This document shows positions 46,071-55,336 of a DNA stretch of 64,000 bases, one piece after another. A program made the translations under genes and the position numbers. The DNA lies in IMG/VR virus record IMGVR_UViG_3300021400_000621, positions 1 to 64,000 of that record. The stretch is one strand, 5' to 3'. Below the pieces are notes generated by a model, which did not search any database, was not told where the DNA came from, and saw only the letters and a list, made by a program, of their open reading frames with translations. Origin of the DNA: a virus (taxonomy: Duplodnaviria > Caudoviricetes). Numbering within the stretch: position 1 is the stretch's first letter; the number at the start of each line of letters is the position of its first letter.

Positions 46071-46472
46071 CTAAATAATAAAACTTCTAATGCTACAACC
46101 TCTAAAGCAGGATTAATGTCTGCTGCTGATAAAACTAAACTTAATGTAGTAAATTCTGATTATAAAACTGCTTATAAAGAAGTATACATTGCAGCTAATA
46201 ATTCTGGAAATTTAGCACAATTATCATTAACAGCTGGCATATGGCTAATAATAGGATTTGTAGATTTTAATGCTACTGTAAATCAATATAATGTATCCAT
46301 AACTGGACCTAATAATTTTTTACATACTGTTAGAGCTTGGGGAGCGAATGGAGGCGGAACTAATAATGTAATAGTACATAGAGTGACAGCAGGAACCTTT
46401 ACATTAGTTTGTTGGACACCAACTGCTGCAACTGCCAGAGGTACTATGTATGCTATTAAATTAGCTAGCTAA
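46071..46472 (+). other. Silent cassette C7 (133 aa) starting at site S7 (core 46072..46081)
   Basis: LNNKTSNATTSKAGLMSAADKTKL fibre motif in frame with tracked ORF 46116..46472. Confidence 0.75.
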
Positions 46473-47461
46473 TTATATATATAAAAACCACTTGCTTTTA
46501 ACCATCCCCAATAATCACTGGCACTTGTAGTTTTGCCACTTTTAGTGACAAAAAATACTCTACTAGCTCCAGAGGTATTTGTTAGTCTAAATTGTGGACT
46601 TGTAGTAGAATAAACATCTTCTATAATTCCTCTACCGGAATCATGATAAGCAGTCCCCAAACTAGTAGTAGTTACTAACATTGTACATTCTCCTATAGTA
46701 ATACCTCCAGTTGCAATAGAAGAATATGATGGTTGAGGGTTAGGCATTGTGCAATTAGCATATTCTCCAGCTTCTGAAACATGTGCTTTAATAGTTATGC
46801 TCCATAATATTAATTTTGCTGCCGGAAACCAAATATAATTACCATAACGATAGTCATAACTTGCTGACATTGAACGATTTTTTGTCCCGGCCATTAAAAC
46901 AGGAACATATGTACTATTAATCGGTATATTATTATTTAATGTACTTAATTGGTCTGCTACTGAACCAACAGTAGCTACGTCCGCATCTGTTTTATATCCA
47001 ATTACATCAGCAAAATAACTATTCAATGCTGCTTGAGAGTACGTTTTAGTATCACTTGGCTCAAGCACATCCTCAACAGAACTAATTAAAAAGTTACTAA
47101 ATTTATTTGAAACCCTTTTTCTAAACATATTAAATTTTGACCACATAGTAGTCTGACTTTCACCTGCCGCAACTACTACGTCTGTGCCGTCAATATCCTC
47201 TGATGTGTCTGTCTCTGAAGCAGGATCAAGGACACTGACCACAGTATCTTTTATATCTCCACCGCTGGCATTTACTTTACCAGTCAGTTGTGTTTTCATA
47301 CTAGGATCGGAAACTGAAACATTACCAAGTACTGATTGTAAATCTTTAGTAGAAGTAGAATCACTTAAAGCTACATCTACATTACTTGCATCAGCACCAA
47401 TAGGAGTTCCATTTGCCCAGCTTCCGTTATTATATTCATAAACTTCTTTAATTTTTGGCAT
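46469..47461 (-). CDS. Tail fibre 1: constant N-terminus fused to cassette C8 at site S8 (core 46929..46938)
   Basis: Shares a 23-bp junction CAATTAAGTACATTAAATAATAA with tail fibre 2. Confidence 0.8.
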   Translation of the reverse strand: MPKIKEVYEYNNGSWANGTPIGADASNVDVALSDSTSTKDLQSVLGNVSVSDPSMKTQLTGKVNASGGDIKDTVVSVLDPASETDTSEDIDGTDVVVAAGESQTTMWSKFNMFRKRVSNKFSNFLISSVEDVLEPSDTKTYSQAALNSYFADVIGYKTDADVATVGSVADQLSTLNNNIPINSTYVPVLMAGTKNRSMSASYDYRYGNYIWFPAAKLILWSITIKAHVSEAGEYANCTMPNPQPSYSSIATGGITIGECTMLVTTTSLGTAYHDSGRGIIEDVYSTTSPQFRLTNTSGASRVFFVTKSGKTTSASDYWGWLKASGFYIYN

Positions 47462-47473
47462 TTAATGGCCTCC

Positions 47474-48727
47474 TCATCTTAATTCTAAGTAACCGTTTTC
47501 ACCTGCATGGGCTTTAGCACCAGTCACATCAGTTGCATCATAATTAGGTAATAATTCATCATCAGTAAATACATCAGTAGCAGTACTAATCTTACTAACG
47601 TCCCAAAGACTTGAAATATAAATATGCTCTAAACTAGAACAACCACTAAATAAATCATTAGCACTAACTGAAGTTGCATCAAATTTAAATTCCCAACTAC
47701 GTAAATCTAACGATACCAGACTAGTACAATCAGCAAACATACCTTCAACAGTGGTAGCTGCAATAGGCATTATTGTAGCTAAACTTAATGCGGTAAGTGC
47801 ATTACAACCACTAAACATTTGATACATATCTGCAACTCTGCTTGTATTAAAACTTGTTAAATCAAAAGAAGTACAAGCACGGCAAGTATAAAACATTCGT
47901 CTCATTGTAGTTACTTTAGATGTATCAAAACTGGTTAAACTCAGTGATGTTAAACTAGTACATAAGTTAAACATTAATGCCATTGATGTAGCATTACTAG
48001 TAATAAAATTACCTAATGTTAATGTAGCTAAATCATAACATTCACTAAACATACCTGCAAATGTAATTACATTACTTGTATCAAACATAGATACATCAAG
48101 AGAGGCTAAAGTCATACAAGAATCAAACATATATGACATATTTGTTACTGCGGCGGTGTTGAAATTTGTTAACACACAATTATATAGTGCAGTACATCCA
48201 CTAAACATATATGACATATCAGTTACTGCGGCGGTATTATGAGCCGTCATGATAACTGAACCCAGTGCTGCACAACCTTTAAACATATGTGCAAAACTAG
48301 TACATTTTGATGTATCTAATCTATCTAAATTATTAATGGCAGTCAGATTCTCACATCCATCAAACCAATATGCTGTAGATACTGGTTGAATCTCACCCAT
48401 AAAGTTTACAGTTGTAATATTGGCAACACGACTAGTCCATGGGATGTCCGTAGATGCGGCCGCCGCAATACTTTCAACTCCTTTATAATAAGTCTTCGAA
48501 CCAACGACTTGACCATTATTATATTTATTCTTTTCTAATCTAATAAAATTTAAACTTGTATCTGAAGTATCATAATAAGCATATGCTTCAGTATCTACAT
48601 ATGCATCATCACTTATCTTAAAACAAGTAGTACCATCTGATTTGGTAGTATAATCATTCAAAGAACCTTTATAATAGTGTCTATTTAAAAGTTCATTTAC
48701 TTTTGCAATATCTGAACTTATACTCAT
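47474..48727 (-). CDS. BspA/DUF285-type leucine-rich-repeat protein
   Basis: About nine 25-26 aa repeats of the form (F/L)(D/N)TS.VT.M..MF..C..L..L. Confidence 0.85.
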   Translation of the reverse strand: MSISSDIAKVNELLNRHYYKGSLNDYTTKSDGTTCFKISDDAYVDTEAYAYYDTSDTSLNFIRLEKNKYNNGQVVGSKTYYKGVESIAAAASTDIPWTSRVANITTVNFMGEIQPVSTAYWFDGCENLTAINNLDRLDTSKCTSFAHMFKGCAALGSVIMTAHNTAAVTDMSYMFSGCTALYNCVLTNFNTAAVTNMSYMFDSCMTLASLDVSMFDTSNVITFAGMFSECYDLATLTLGNFITSNATSMALMFNLCTSLTSLSLTSFDTSKVTTMRRMFYTCRACTSFDLTSFNTSRVADMYQMFSGCNALTALSLATIMPIAATTVEGMFADCTSLVSLDLRSWEFKFDATSVSANDLFSGCSSLEHIYISSLWDVSKISTATDVFTDDELLPNYDATDVTGAKAHAGENGYLELR

Positions 48728-48740
48728 AAAGGCCTCCTTT

Positions 48741-48929
48741 CTAATCTGCTACTACAAACCAAAGAGCACCTTCTCCCGATACTACCGTAGTATCAGGACT
48801 ACGTGTATCGCCTGCCTCTGCGGCCGCAATAACTAAATTTCTTTTATCTAAATAATCTATATTAGCTTCAAGGCTATGAATGTTAGATAACTCATTCTTA
48901 ACCCAAACAGCTTCAGGCCATGCACTCAT
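48741..48929 (-). CDS. Small tail-module protein
   Basis: GGAGG RBS; WPEAVWV motif. Confidence 0.6.
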   Translation of the reverse strand: MSAWPEAVWVKNELSNIHSLEANIDYLDKRNLVIAAAEAGDTRSPDTTVVSGEGALWFVVAD

Positions 48930-49303
48930 GCTATTACCTCCCTAATAATTGTTCCTGTACTTTGATCTATTGTTGTTGTCTTAGTCTTCAAAGTAGTCTG
49001 AGAACTAGTTGTTCCATAAGACAGCACCGCAGTAATAGTAGTCAGCGTATCACTAGTCTCGGTAATAGTTGTAACCATCTTATAGAAGTTTCCACTAGGA
49101 GCTGCGTTAGCATCATAATGTTCAGTAATAACAATACTCGCGCCACTGTCATCAATACTTACATAGTGAGGAGTACCAATTTTTACTTCATATTCGAGAT
49201 TGAGTCCACTAGCCATATCTACAAGCTGTCCATCTGTACCAAAAGGCATAAATGCACTATAAGATGAACCTTGTTTTTCATGTAGACCTTTTATTCTATC
49301 CAT
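48926..49303 (-). CDS. Tail-module hypothetical protein
   Basis: PFGTDGQLVDM resembles the PIGADASNVDV motif of the tail fibres. Confidence 0.55.
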   Translation of the reverse strand: MDRIKGLHEKQGSSYSAFMPFGTDGQLVDMASGLNLEYEVKIGTPHYVSIDDSGASIVITEHYDANAAPSGNFYKMVTTITETSDTLTTITAVLSYGTTSSQTTLKTKTTTIDQSTGTIIREVIA

Positions 49304-49324
49304 AATGACTCCTTTTAATCTCCA

Positions 49325-49684
49325 TTAATTTACTTCTGTATAAATTGTATAATCAATTAAAACACTTGGCGGCGCGCCATCAGGAAACTCTATACTAGTT
49401 AAATTCACGCAATCATCTGATTCGTACATATTAGTTACGCCAAACCAAATCGTTTTATTCTCTGTATCCCCATTAATCACCATTCTAAAACGATGATTTA
49501 ATGTAGGATTACTACCTTGCGTCCAAGTTTCAAATATCATATCATCTTTCTCTGCTACGACTACTCCAAACTTAACAACCACAGAGCTGCCGCCGCTTGG
49601 AATAATAGATGCAATGGCATTTTCACCTGGACTAAAAGGACCAGTTATCTGGCCAAAAATTCCACTTGATACATATTCTGCCAT
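49325..49684 (-). CDS. Tail-module hypothetical protein
   Basis: GQITGPF...IWFGVTNMYE resembles the C-terminal part of 52362..53138. Confidence 0.55.
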   Translation of the reverse strand: MAEYVSSGIFGQITGPFSPGENAIASIIPSGGSSVVVKFGVVVAEKDDMIFETWTQGSNPTLNHRFRMVINGDTENKTIWFGVTNMYESDDCVNLTSIEFPDGAPPSVLIDYTIYTEVN

Positions 49685-49701
49685 AATAAAATCCTTTCTA
49701 G

Positions 49702-49754
49702 AATAGAAGAAAAAACGCTATAAAAAATTATAGCGTTTTGACCATTCTTCTATT
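49702..49754. terminator. Long AT-rich nested hairpin
   Basis: AAAACGCTATA/TATAGCGTTTT inner stem with AATAGAAGA/TCTTCTATT outer stem. Confidence 0.5.
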
Positions 49755-49763
49755 ATCTATAAA

Positions 49764-52343
49764 CTAAAGTGCATCTTCCGCAACAGGAATATTAACTATT
49801 TTAAACCAAAAACCTTTGTTTTGTAAGTTCGCAGCTTTATTTGTATCTACTGGTGTGCCATTCGCATTAGCATAATCTTTAATTACAGCTTGTGAAGGGT
49901 CAATTCCGGAAGTTTCAAATGAACTGATAGCATACCAGTTATTTTGTGCTACACTTGCCGCAGGTGAAGTAATATTACCTTGACTATCAAATACAAAGTG
50001 AGCATTAACATTATTATAATCATAACCATAGATAGTTAATGTTGTACTTGTACTTATATCACCGACAGAAGTAACCCAACCTAAAGCATGCGTTTCTGTT
50101 GGATTAACCGTACCATCTGCGTTATAACCAAAACCATAAGGTTTTTGTGCTTTTAATATTGCTTCAGTAGTAAAGTTACCAAACAGGTGATTAGATGTAA
50201 AGATACTACCCATTGTAGTCCATTTAAACTGACCACCAGTAGTTCTTGAAGTACCTGTATCATCCTGCTCATAGGTCCAGTATACACCATCTTTAATTCT
50301 TAATTCTTCAAGAGTAGGCTCAAGTAACTGATAATTACCAGTTGTTAATCCTTGTCTATATACTGGGTCACTATATAAAATTACTAATGTATCACCTACA
50401 TTTCTAATGGCTACGATACTATTAACAGGTGTTTCACTTATCTGAATATCTGTTGAACTCTCACCATCTGGAATAACATCATATTTATTATACCAATAAC
50501 TTACTTCGTCAAGTTTATTTTCATTGCTTATATAAGTATCAACAACATTAGCAACTTGAAGAGGTAATGTTTTAGTATCTCTAACACCAGCAATTTCTGT
50601 TTCAGTATTATATTGTAATACAAAGTGTTGGTCGCTATTAAAGTAAACATCCTCAACTACTTGTAATCTACCAACTGTTTGTCTTGGCAAATCAGATGTT
50701 CCAGAAGTATAATAAGCATATACGTTACCGTCACTTTCTAACCTAATATGTGAAACAGTAGGAATAGCAATAGACTCAGTAACATTAGCACTTGTTTCTG
50801 GATGCTCTGGATCAACAAGAGTGTAATAAGTAACAACTAAATAACTGCGTTCTGCTTGATCTATAACAGAAATATCTGGAGTAATTTGCTTAACTACTTT
50901 CAAGCGGCCAAGCGAAATGTAATCCCCCACAGTTCCAGTTTCTTTATTATTCTGGTCACTGCTATAATCTCTTAACCTGTAACGCAGTTCAAAATCATTT
51001 GTTACATCACAATTCTCAAAATCAATACCATGTATTCCTCTTGGAATAAACATTTGATAATCTTTATAGAAAGGATGACCTTGAGAATCTGCATATTCAC
51101 GCATTATATTGGTGTAGTTATATCCACCCTCACCATCTGATTTAGCTGCCCAAATTTCAGTCTTAACAAAACCAGGGTCATCTATATAAGTAACAGGATA
51201 TACTGTATTATCAATTATCTTTCTTGTTTCATCCCAAAGATAATAGTCATCACCAACTTTATAATAAGCCTTTGGATTAGCTGGCTTAGTGCTAGGAAGA
51301 GTAGCAACTTCAATTACATCTGGTCCATAGGCTGACACTGATTCGACAGTATAGTTAAATACTGTATAAGGAAAATCAAATCCTATCTTTACTCCAACAA
51401 TATTGCCTTGAGCATCACGAAGATTACAATAGCCATACTGAACGTCATCATAGTAACCTTCATCTTCTACATAACCAGCTTGTCTTGAAGCACGTAACTC
51501 ACCTTTTGAAGCATCTACATTGTCACCATGAACATATTCATCTATGAAGCTAGTCCAATCAATTAATTCAACCTCAGGTGAATCTCCTTCAGGACCAACT
51601 ATTTGCCCTACGTAAACAGCACCGCCGCCAGGGTTCAGAACAAACTCGCCCCATACTTTTGCAAATATAGTTAAAGGCGCATCATCTTTGTCTTTTAAAG
51701 CAGTTATTGCGGCGTTGGTATCTCCCGTGTTATCAACCAGAACATAACTGTAGTGTGTATACTTAGGTACATATCCAGTCCATGATAAAGCACTACCGCC
51801 GCTTTCACCCGGATCAGTATCAGTATACTTTACACCAGCTTCACCATAGAGAGTAACTATCTCTCTATCATCTTCTCTTTTTAAATCTTTGAATCTAACA
51901 TCTGCTGCTAAAACACCATCAACATTACTAATTTTATATTCATAGTGTTTATATTTCGGCACTTGAGCTGTTACGCGGTAACTACCTGTAGTAGGTGCAT
52001 CATAATCTTCATATACAATATCTAGTGCCGCCGCAATCAGTGTTACACTTTCTGTATCATTTTCAGTAATAGTATTATTATCATTAACATAATAGCCTTC
52101 AATTGGCTGTCTGTTAAAAGGTTCATTATAATTTAAACCTCTTCTGAATATAATACCATTCTCTCTATTGTACTTTTCATTTTTATTAACAAGTGTATCT
52201 ATAATGACATACTCATTATAATTAGCATCCACATAAGACCCGCCTTTTTGGAAGAGGTCAACCATGTCTTTAATGCTATCATAGTGAGCCACTAGGTCAT
52301 AAGTACGTCCTTGTTTTCCACCATAGAAGCTATACATACTCAT
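49764..52343 (-). CDS. Large tail/baseplate structural protein
   Basis: 859 aa acidic, beta-rich; MYSFYGGKQG start; in tail operon. Confidence 0.55.
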   Translation of the reverse strand: MSMYSFYGGKQGRTYDLVAHYDSIKDMVDLFQKGGSYVDANYNEYVIIDTLVNKNEKYNRENGIIFRRGLNYNEPFNRQPIEGYYVNDNNTITENDTESVTLIAAALDIVYEDYDAPTTGSYRVTAQVPKYKHYEYKISNVDGVLAADVRFKDLKREDDREIVTLYGEAGVKYTDTDPGESGGSALSWTGYVPKYTHYSYVLVDNTGDTNAAITALKDKDDAPLTIFAKVWGEFVLNPGGGAVYVGQIVGPEGDSPEVELIDWTSFIDEYVHGDNVDASKGELRASRQAGYVEDEGYYDDVQYGYCNLRDAQGNIVGVKIGFDFPYTVFNYTVESVSAYGPDVIEVATLPSTKPANPKAYYKVGDDYYLWDETRKIIDNTVYPVTYIDDPGFVKTEIWAAKSDGEGGYNYTNIMREYADSQGHPFYKDYQMFIPRGIHGIDFENCDVTNDFELRYRLRDYSSDQNNKETGTVGDYISLGRLKVVKQITPDISVIDQAERSYLVVTYYTLVDPEHPETSANVTESIAIPTVSHIRLESDGNVYAYYTSGTSDLPRQTVGRLQVVEDVYFNSDQHFVLQYNTETEIAGVRDTKTLPLQVANVVDTYISNENKLDEVSYWYNKYDVIPDGESSTDIQISETPVNSIVAIRNVGDTLVILYSDPVYRQGLTTGNYQLLEPTLEELRIKDGVYWTYEQDDTGTSRTTGGQFKWTTMGSIFTSNHLFGNFTTEAILKAQKPYGFGYNADGTVNPTETHALGWVTSVGDISTSTTLTIYGYDYNNVNAHFVFDSQGNITSPAASVAQNNWYAISSFETSGIDPSQAVIKDYANANGTPVDTNKAANLQNKGFWFKIVNIPVAEDAL

Positions 52344-52361
52344 TATCTAATCTTAACCTCC

Positions 52362-53138
52362 TTAAACCGTATAAGCGTAATCTAAAATGAAATCTTGTAT
52401 CTTAGTAGTATCATCTCCATTAGGAGCCATTACACCAACAAAACTAATTTGAGTTCCATTATTGATTTCATATACTCCACTACGACCCAATCTGATTGGT
52501 TCTCTATTAACACAGAATAATGCTCCTGGTCTAGATTGTATTCCAATTTTATCTACTGCCGCAACACCAACATCTAAAATTGAATTAACAACACATACAT
52601 CACCATTATCATCAAAATCTAATGTATTATCTGTCGCACCTGGACCATTATATACAAAAGGATTTCTAGCCTGCACAATATAGTCATAACCAATTCTTCC
52701 TAATTTGAAGCATAAATAGTTATAATCTTCATTTGGAGTAAATACTATAGTAAACTCTTTAGTTCTATTATTTACTCCTTCTTGATAAGGGCCTAGATTT
52801 AATGATTTCTCGATAGTCTGAGTTTTTTCACCGGTATGGCTAGCTTCTCTAGCAGTTCCTCTTTCCTTATACAAAACAAGAGAAAAATCAAAATTACTAA
52901 TTTCACCACCATAAGCTGGCTGTAAATTAGAATCTTGTCTAGTCGCAGAGAATCTTAAATAATAAGTAGTTTTTGCTTTGAACTGCGCTGGATTCGCGGC
53001 CGTGCCTAAGTGCAGCGCATAGTCTTCAAAAACTTGACCATTATCATACCAACTAATATAAACTGAAGAACTATACTTAGATAGCGGAGAAAGATATGTT
53101 CCACTTGCATTTTTTCTTATTTGTCCAATTTGTAACAT
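52362..53138 (-). CDS. Tail/baseplate structural protein
   Basis: KIGIQSRPG...INREPIRLGRSGVYE motif; in tail operon. Confidence 0.55.
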   Translation of the reverse strand: MLQIGQIRKNASGTYLSPLSKYSSSVYISWYDNGQVFEDYALHLGTAANPAQFKAKTTYYLRFSATRQDSNLQPAYGGEISNFDFSLVLYKERGTAREASHTGEKTQTIEKSLNLGPYQEGVNNRTKEFTIVFTPNEDYNYLCFKLGRIGYDYIVQARNPFVYNGPGATDNTLDFDDNGDVCVVNSILDVGVAAVDKIGIQSRPGALFCVNREPIRLGRSGVYEINNGTQISFVGVMAPNGDDTTKIQDFILDYAYTV

Positions 53139-53150
53139 CCTTTTATCTCC

Positions 53151-55334
53151 TTAAATTTTTTGTAATGCTTTACTTGCGGTTATACTCATCATAGAGTTCA
53201 CATCCAAAGGAATAGAAATAGTTTGAATCATATAATCGCCATATATACCAGAAGCGGGGTCATTAACAGTAATTCTTGTATTAGGCTCTAAATAATAAAT
53301 AGGTAAAGCACTAATAGTAATACTATTATTCATATTAGTATATTGATATAGCATTTCACATACTCTTTGATAAGCTGAGTTCTGCCAGCCGCCCATAATC
53401 ATCAAATCATAAATAGTTGGTGTTACTTGCGCCCAGGCTTGTCCCATTGAGTCACATTCTTCTCTTAATCTTTTCTGTTGTTCAGAATCTAATTCATTAT
53501 CAATAAATACTATATCTGGAACTTCTTGTTCAAATACACAATTAATCCCATCCTCTGAAACAGCAATACTGCGTCTTCCAATATTCTGTACATTATACTT
53601 TCCAACTTCTGCATCACTGTCTATTATATCTAAATAAAAATCAATAGAACTAGGGTCTTCCGCAATAGCAGAAACAAATTGTTGATTTTCCAAATCATAA
53701 ATCTTAGGTAATTCTTCAATTAACTCAGTATAATAATAAGGAAAATCTGTTCCTGTTTGCCAAGCCTCTAATCCTTGATAATACAACTCTTCACGCCAAT
53801 CTCTTGAATAAATAGTCTGTCCTACATCAACAGTAGTAGGAACATACTCACCAGAAGTATTATCCCAAGCATAATATTGATTGTTATTTATATCATAATA
53901 AAATCTATCATCATGTCCTTCGCGTGGGAAACTCATAGCATTATCGAATACCATTACATAACTTCTTGCTCTAACCACACCAAATTCATCAGTATATAAA
54001 CTAATGCCTTTGTGTTCACCATAAACATAATCTGGATTTTCATCTGTTCCTATGTTTAATGTTTTTTGTGGTTTTTTATCAATAGCTAAATGGTATCTAA
54101 TAGGAATCTGATTACCTAATGTATCAGTTCTCACTCCCCATACTACATAATCATTTTTAATATTACTATATAAAGGCGCATTACTAAAGCTATTAACTAA
54201 CTTTGTTCCTTCAAAAGTATAAACAGACATACCACCCGAAAGGTCAATTGTATAATCTTGAATTGCATCTGCTTCTAATGTTTCTGCGGGAGTCTTACCG
54301 CCGTGATTAGCTTCATAAGATTGATATGAAGTGTAAGTTGTATTTAAATAATTCTTAATTTCTTGGAATCTAAATCTACCATATACATCATAAAAGTATT
54401 CATAGTTACCTAATAACTGTACAATCTGATCTAGCACTCCAGTAACAGTTTGTCCAACATCACCAATCAACTCACCTGGGTAAGTAAAATCAGTTAAGAA
54501 GAAACCTACATCTTGACCTGCTTCATAAGGTGTAATTGCGGCGGCGTCACCCCCGGCCGCATCTAACGCATCCGCATAGTCGATATAGTAACTGTGTGTA
54601 GTTTCTCCAGTGTCACTAGATAGCTTCACATAATATAATGGAGTATCTCCGCTCCATTGAACAACCTGTTTAATTCTTTCATCAACATCAGAAATAATAA
54701 TATTAGCCATAGCTTCTTCACCCCAGTGATTAACTACTTCCATAATAATTTGCTTAATCGTTGGGTTGTCTATATAATAAGTCCCATCTTCACCTTCTTG
54801 GTCTCTAGTATGGAACTCGACGGCGGAAGGAATTACTCCTCCCGCGTCGCCATTTAATAAACACATTTTATCTTTTAAAGTTAAACTAATATTAACTCCT
54901 GTTGTTGAGTGAGTAATGTTAGGGTCAAATATAACAAAGATTCCCATTGGAAACCAAATTATATTACCATACTCTTTTTTATAATCAATGGTATAATGAA
55001 ATGTCTGGTCTTTTAAACCATGAATAGCATCATAAGTATAATTAGGAACAGTATTCTTTATACCAATTTCTAATTTAATTTTTCTATTAATTGACAATAA
55101 ATCATCAATTTCTGTTAAGTCATTTACTAATTCTTCAGCAAAGACTGTCAAATTTGCGGTTCTTCTTAAACTTGAATTGCCATCAAGATTCAAAGTACCG
55201 CTAATTACTTTTCCTTGTATCTCTTGAACTGGGTCTTCTTTCCAAGATAAAACAGTTATTCTCACAAACTGCTCTTTGACTCTTAAATTATCAAGCTGAT
55301 TCAGAAAAAGTTTATCTTGTAAGAACTCATACAT
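53151..55334 (-). CDS. Tail/baseplate hub-like protein
   Basis: GTLNLDGNSSLRRTA, KDKMCLLNG..GG, YEYFYD..GRF.FQE; start moved to ATG 55334 after AAGGAA. Confidence 0.6.
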   Translation of the reverse strand: MYEFLQDKLFLNQLDNLRVKEQFVRITVLSWKEDPVQEIQGKVISGTLNLDGNSSLRRTANLTVFAEELVNDLTEIDDLLSINRKIKLEIGIKNTVPNYTYDAIHGLKDQTFHYTIDYKKEYGNIIWFPMGIFVIFDPNITHSTTGVNISLTLKDKMCLLNGDAGGVIPSAVEFHTRDQEGEDGTYYIDNPTIKQIIMEVVNHWGEEAMANIIISDVDERIKQVVQWSGDTPLYYVKLSSDTGETTHSYYIDYADALDAAGGDAAAITPYEAGQDVGFFLTDFTYPGELIGDVGQTVTGVLDQIVQLLGNYEYFYDVYGRFRFQEIKNYLNTTYTSYQSYEANHGGKTPAETLEADAIQDYTIDLSGGMSVYTFEGTKLVNSFSNAPLYSNIKNDYVVWGVRTDTLGNQIPIRYHLAIDKKPQKTLNIGTDENPDYVYGEHKGISLYTDEFGVVRARSYVMVFDNAMSFPREGHDDRFYYDINNNQYYAWDNTSGEYVPTTVDVGQTIYSRDWREELYYQGLEAWQTGTDFPYYYTELIEELPKIYDLENQQFVSAIAEDPSSIDFYLDIIDSDAEVGKYNVQNIGRRSIAVSEDGINCVFEQEVPDIVFIDNELDSEQQKRLREECDSMGQAWAQVTPTIYDLMIMGGWQNSAYQRVCEMLYQYTNMNNSITISALPIYYLEPNTRITVNDPASGIYGDYMIQTISIPLDVNSMMSITASKALQKI

Positions 55335-55336
55335 TT

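Larger units (their letters stand above)
41538..47461. mobile_element. Tail-fibre shufflon (multiple invertible C-terminal cassettes)
   Basis: Eight TAAATAATAA cores alternating +/-, each in frame with a 100-170 aa cassette; adjacent tyrosine recombinase. Confidence 0.82.

Noticed and set aside
41543-47461. Diversity-generating retroelement acting on fibre tips
   Set aside because: No reverse transcriptase in the window and no template/variable repeat pair differing only at adenines.
49697-49754. Possible further member of the CTAGAT hairpin family
   Set aside because: Shares only TCTAGAATA(A)GAAG with E1, has AT-rich stems and different geometry; kept as a generic hairpin.
52956-53298. Extra TAAATAATAA copies at 52956 and 53289
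   Set aside because: They lie antisense inside essential-looking tail genes with no cassette architecture; a 10-mer this AT-rich is expected occasionally by chance.
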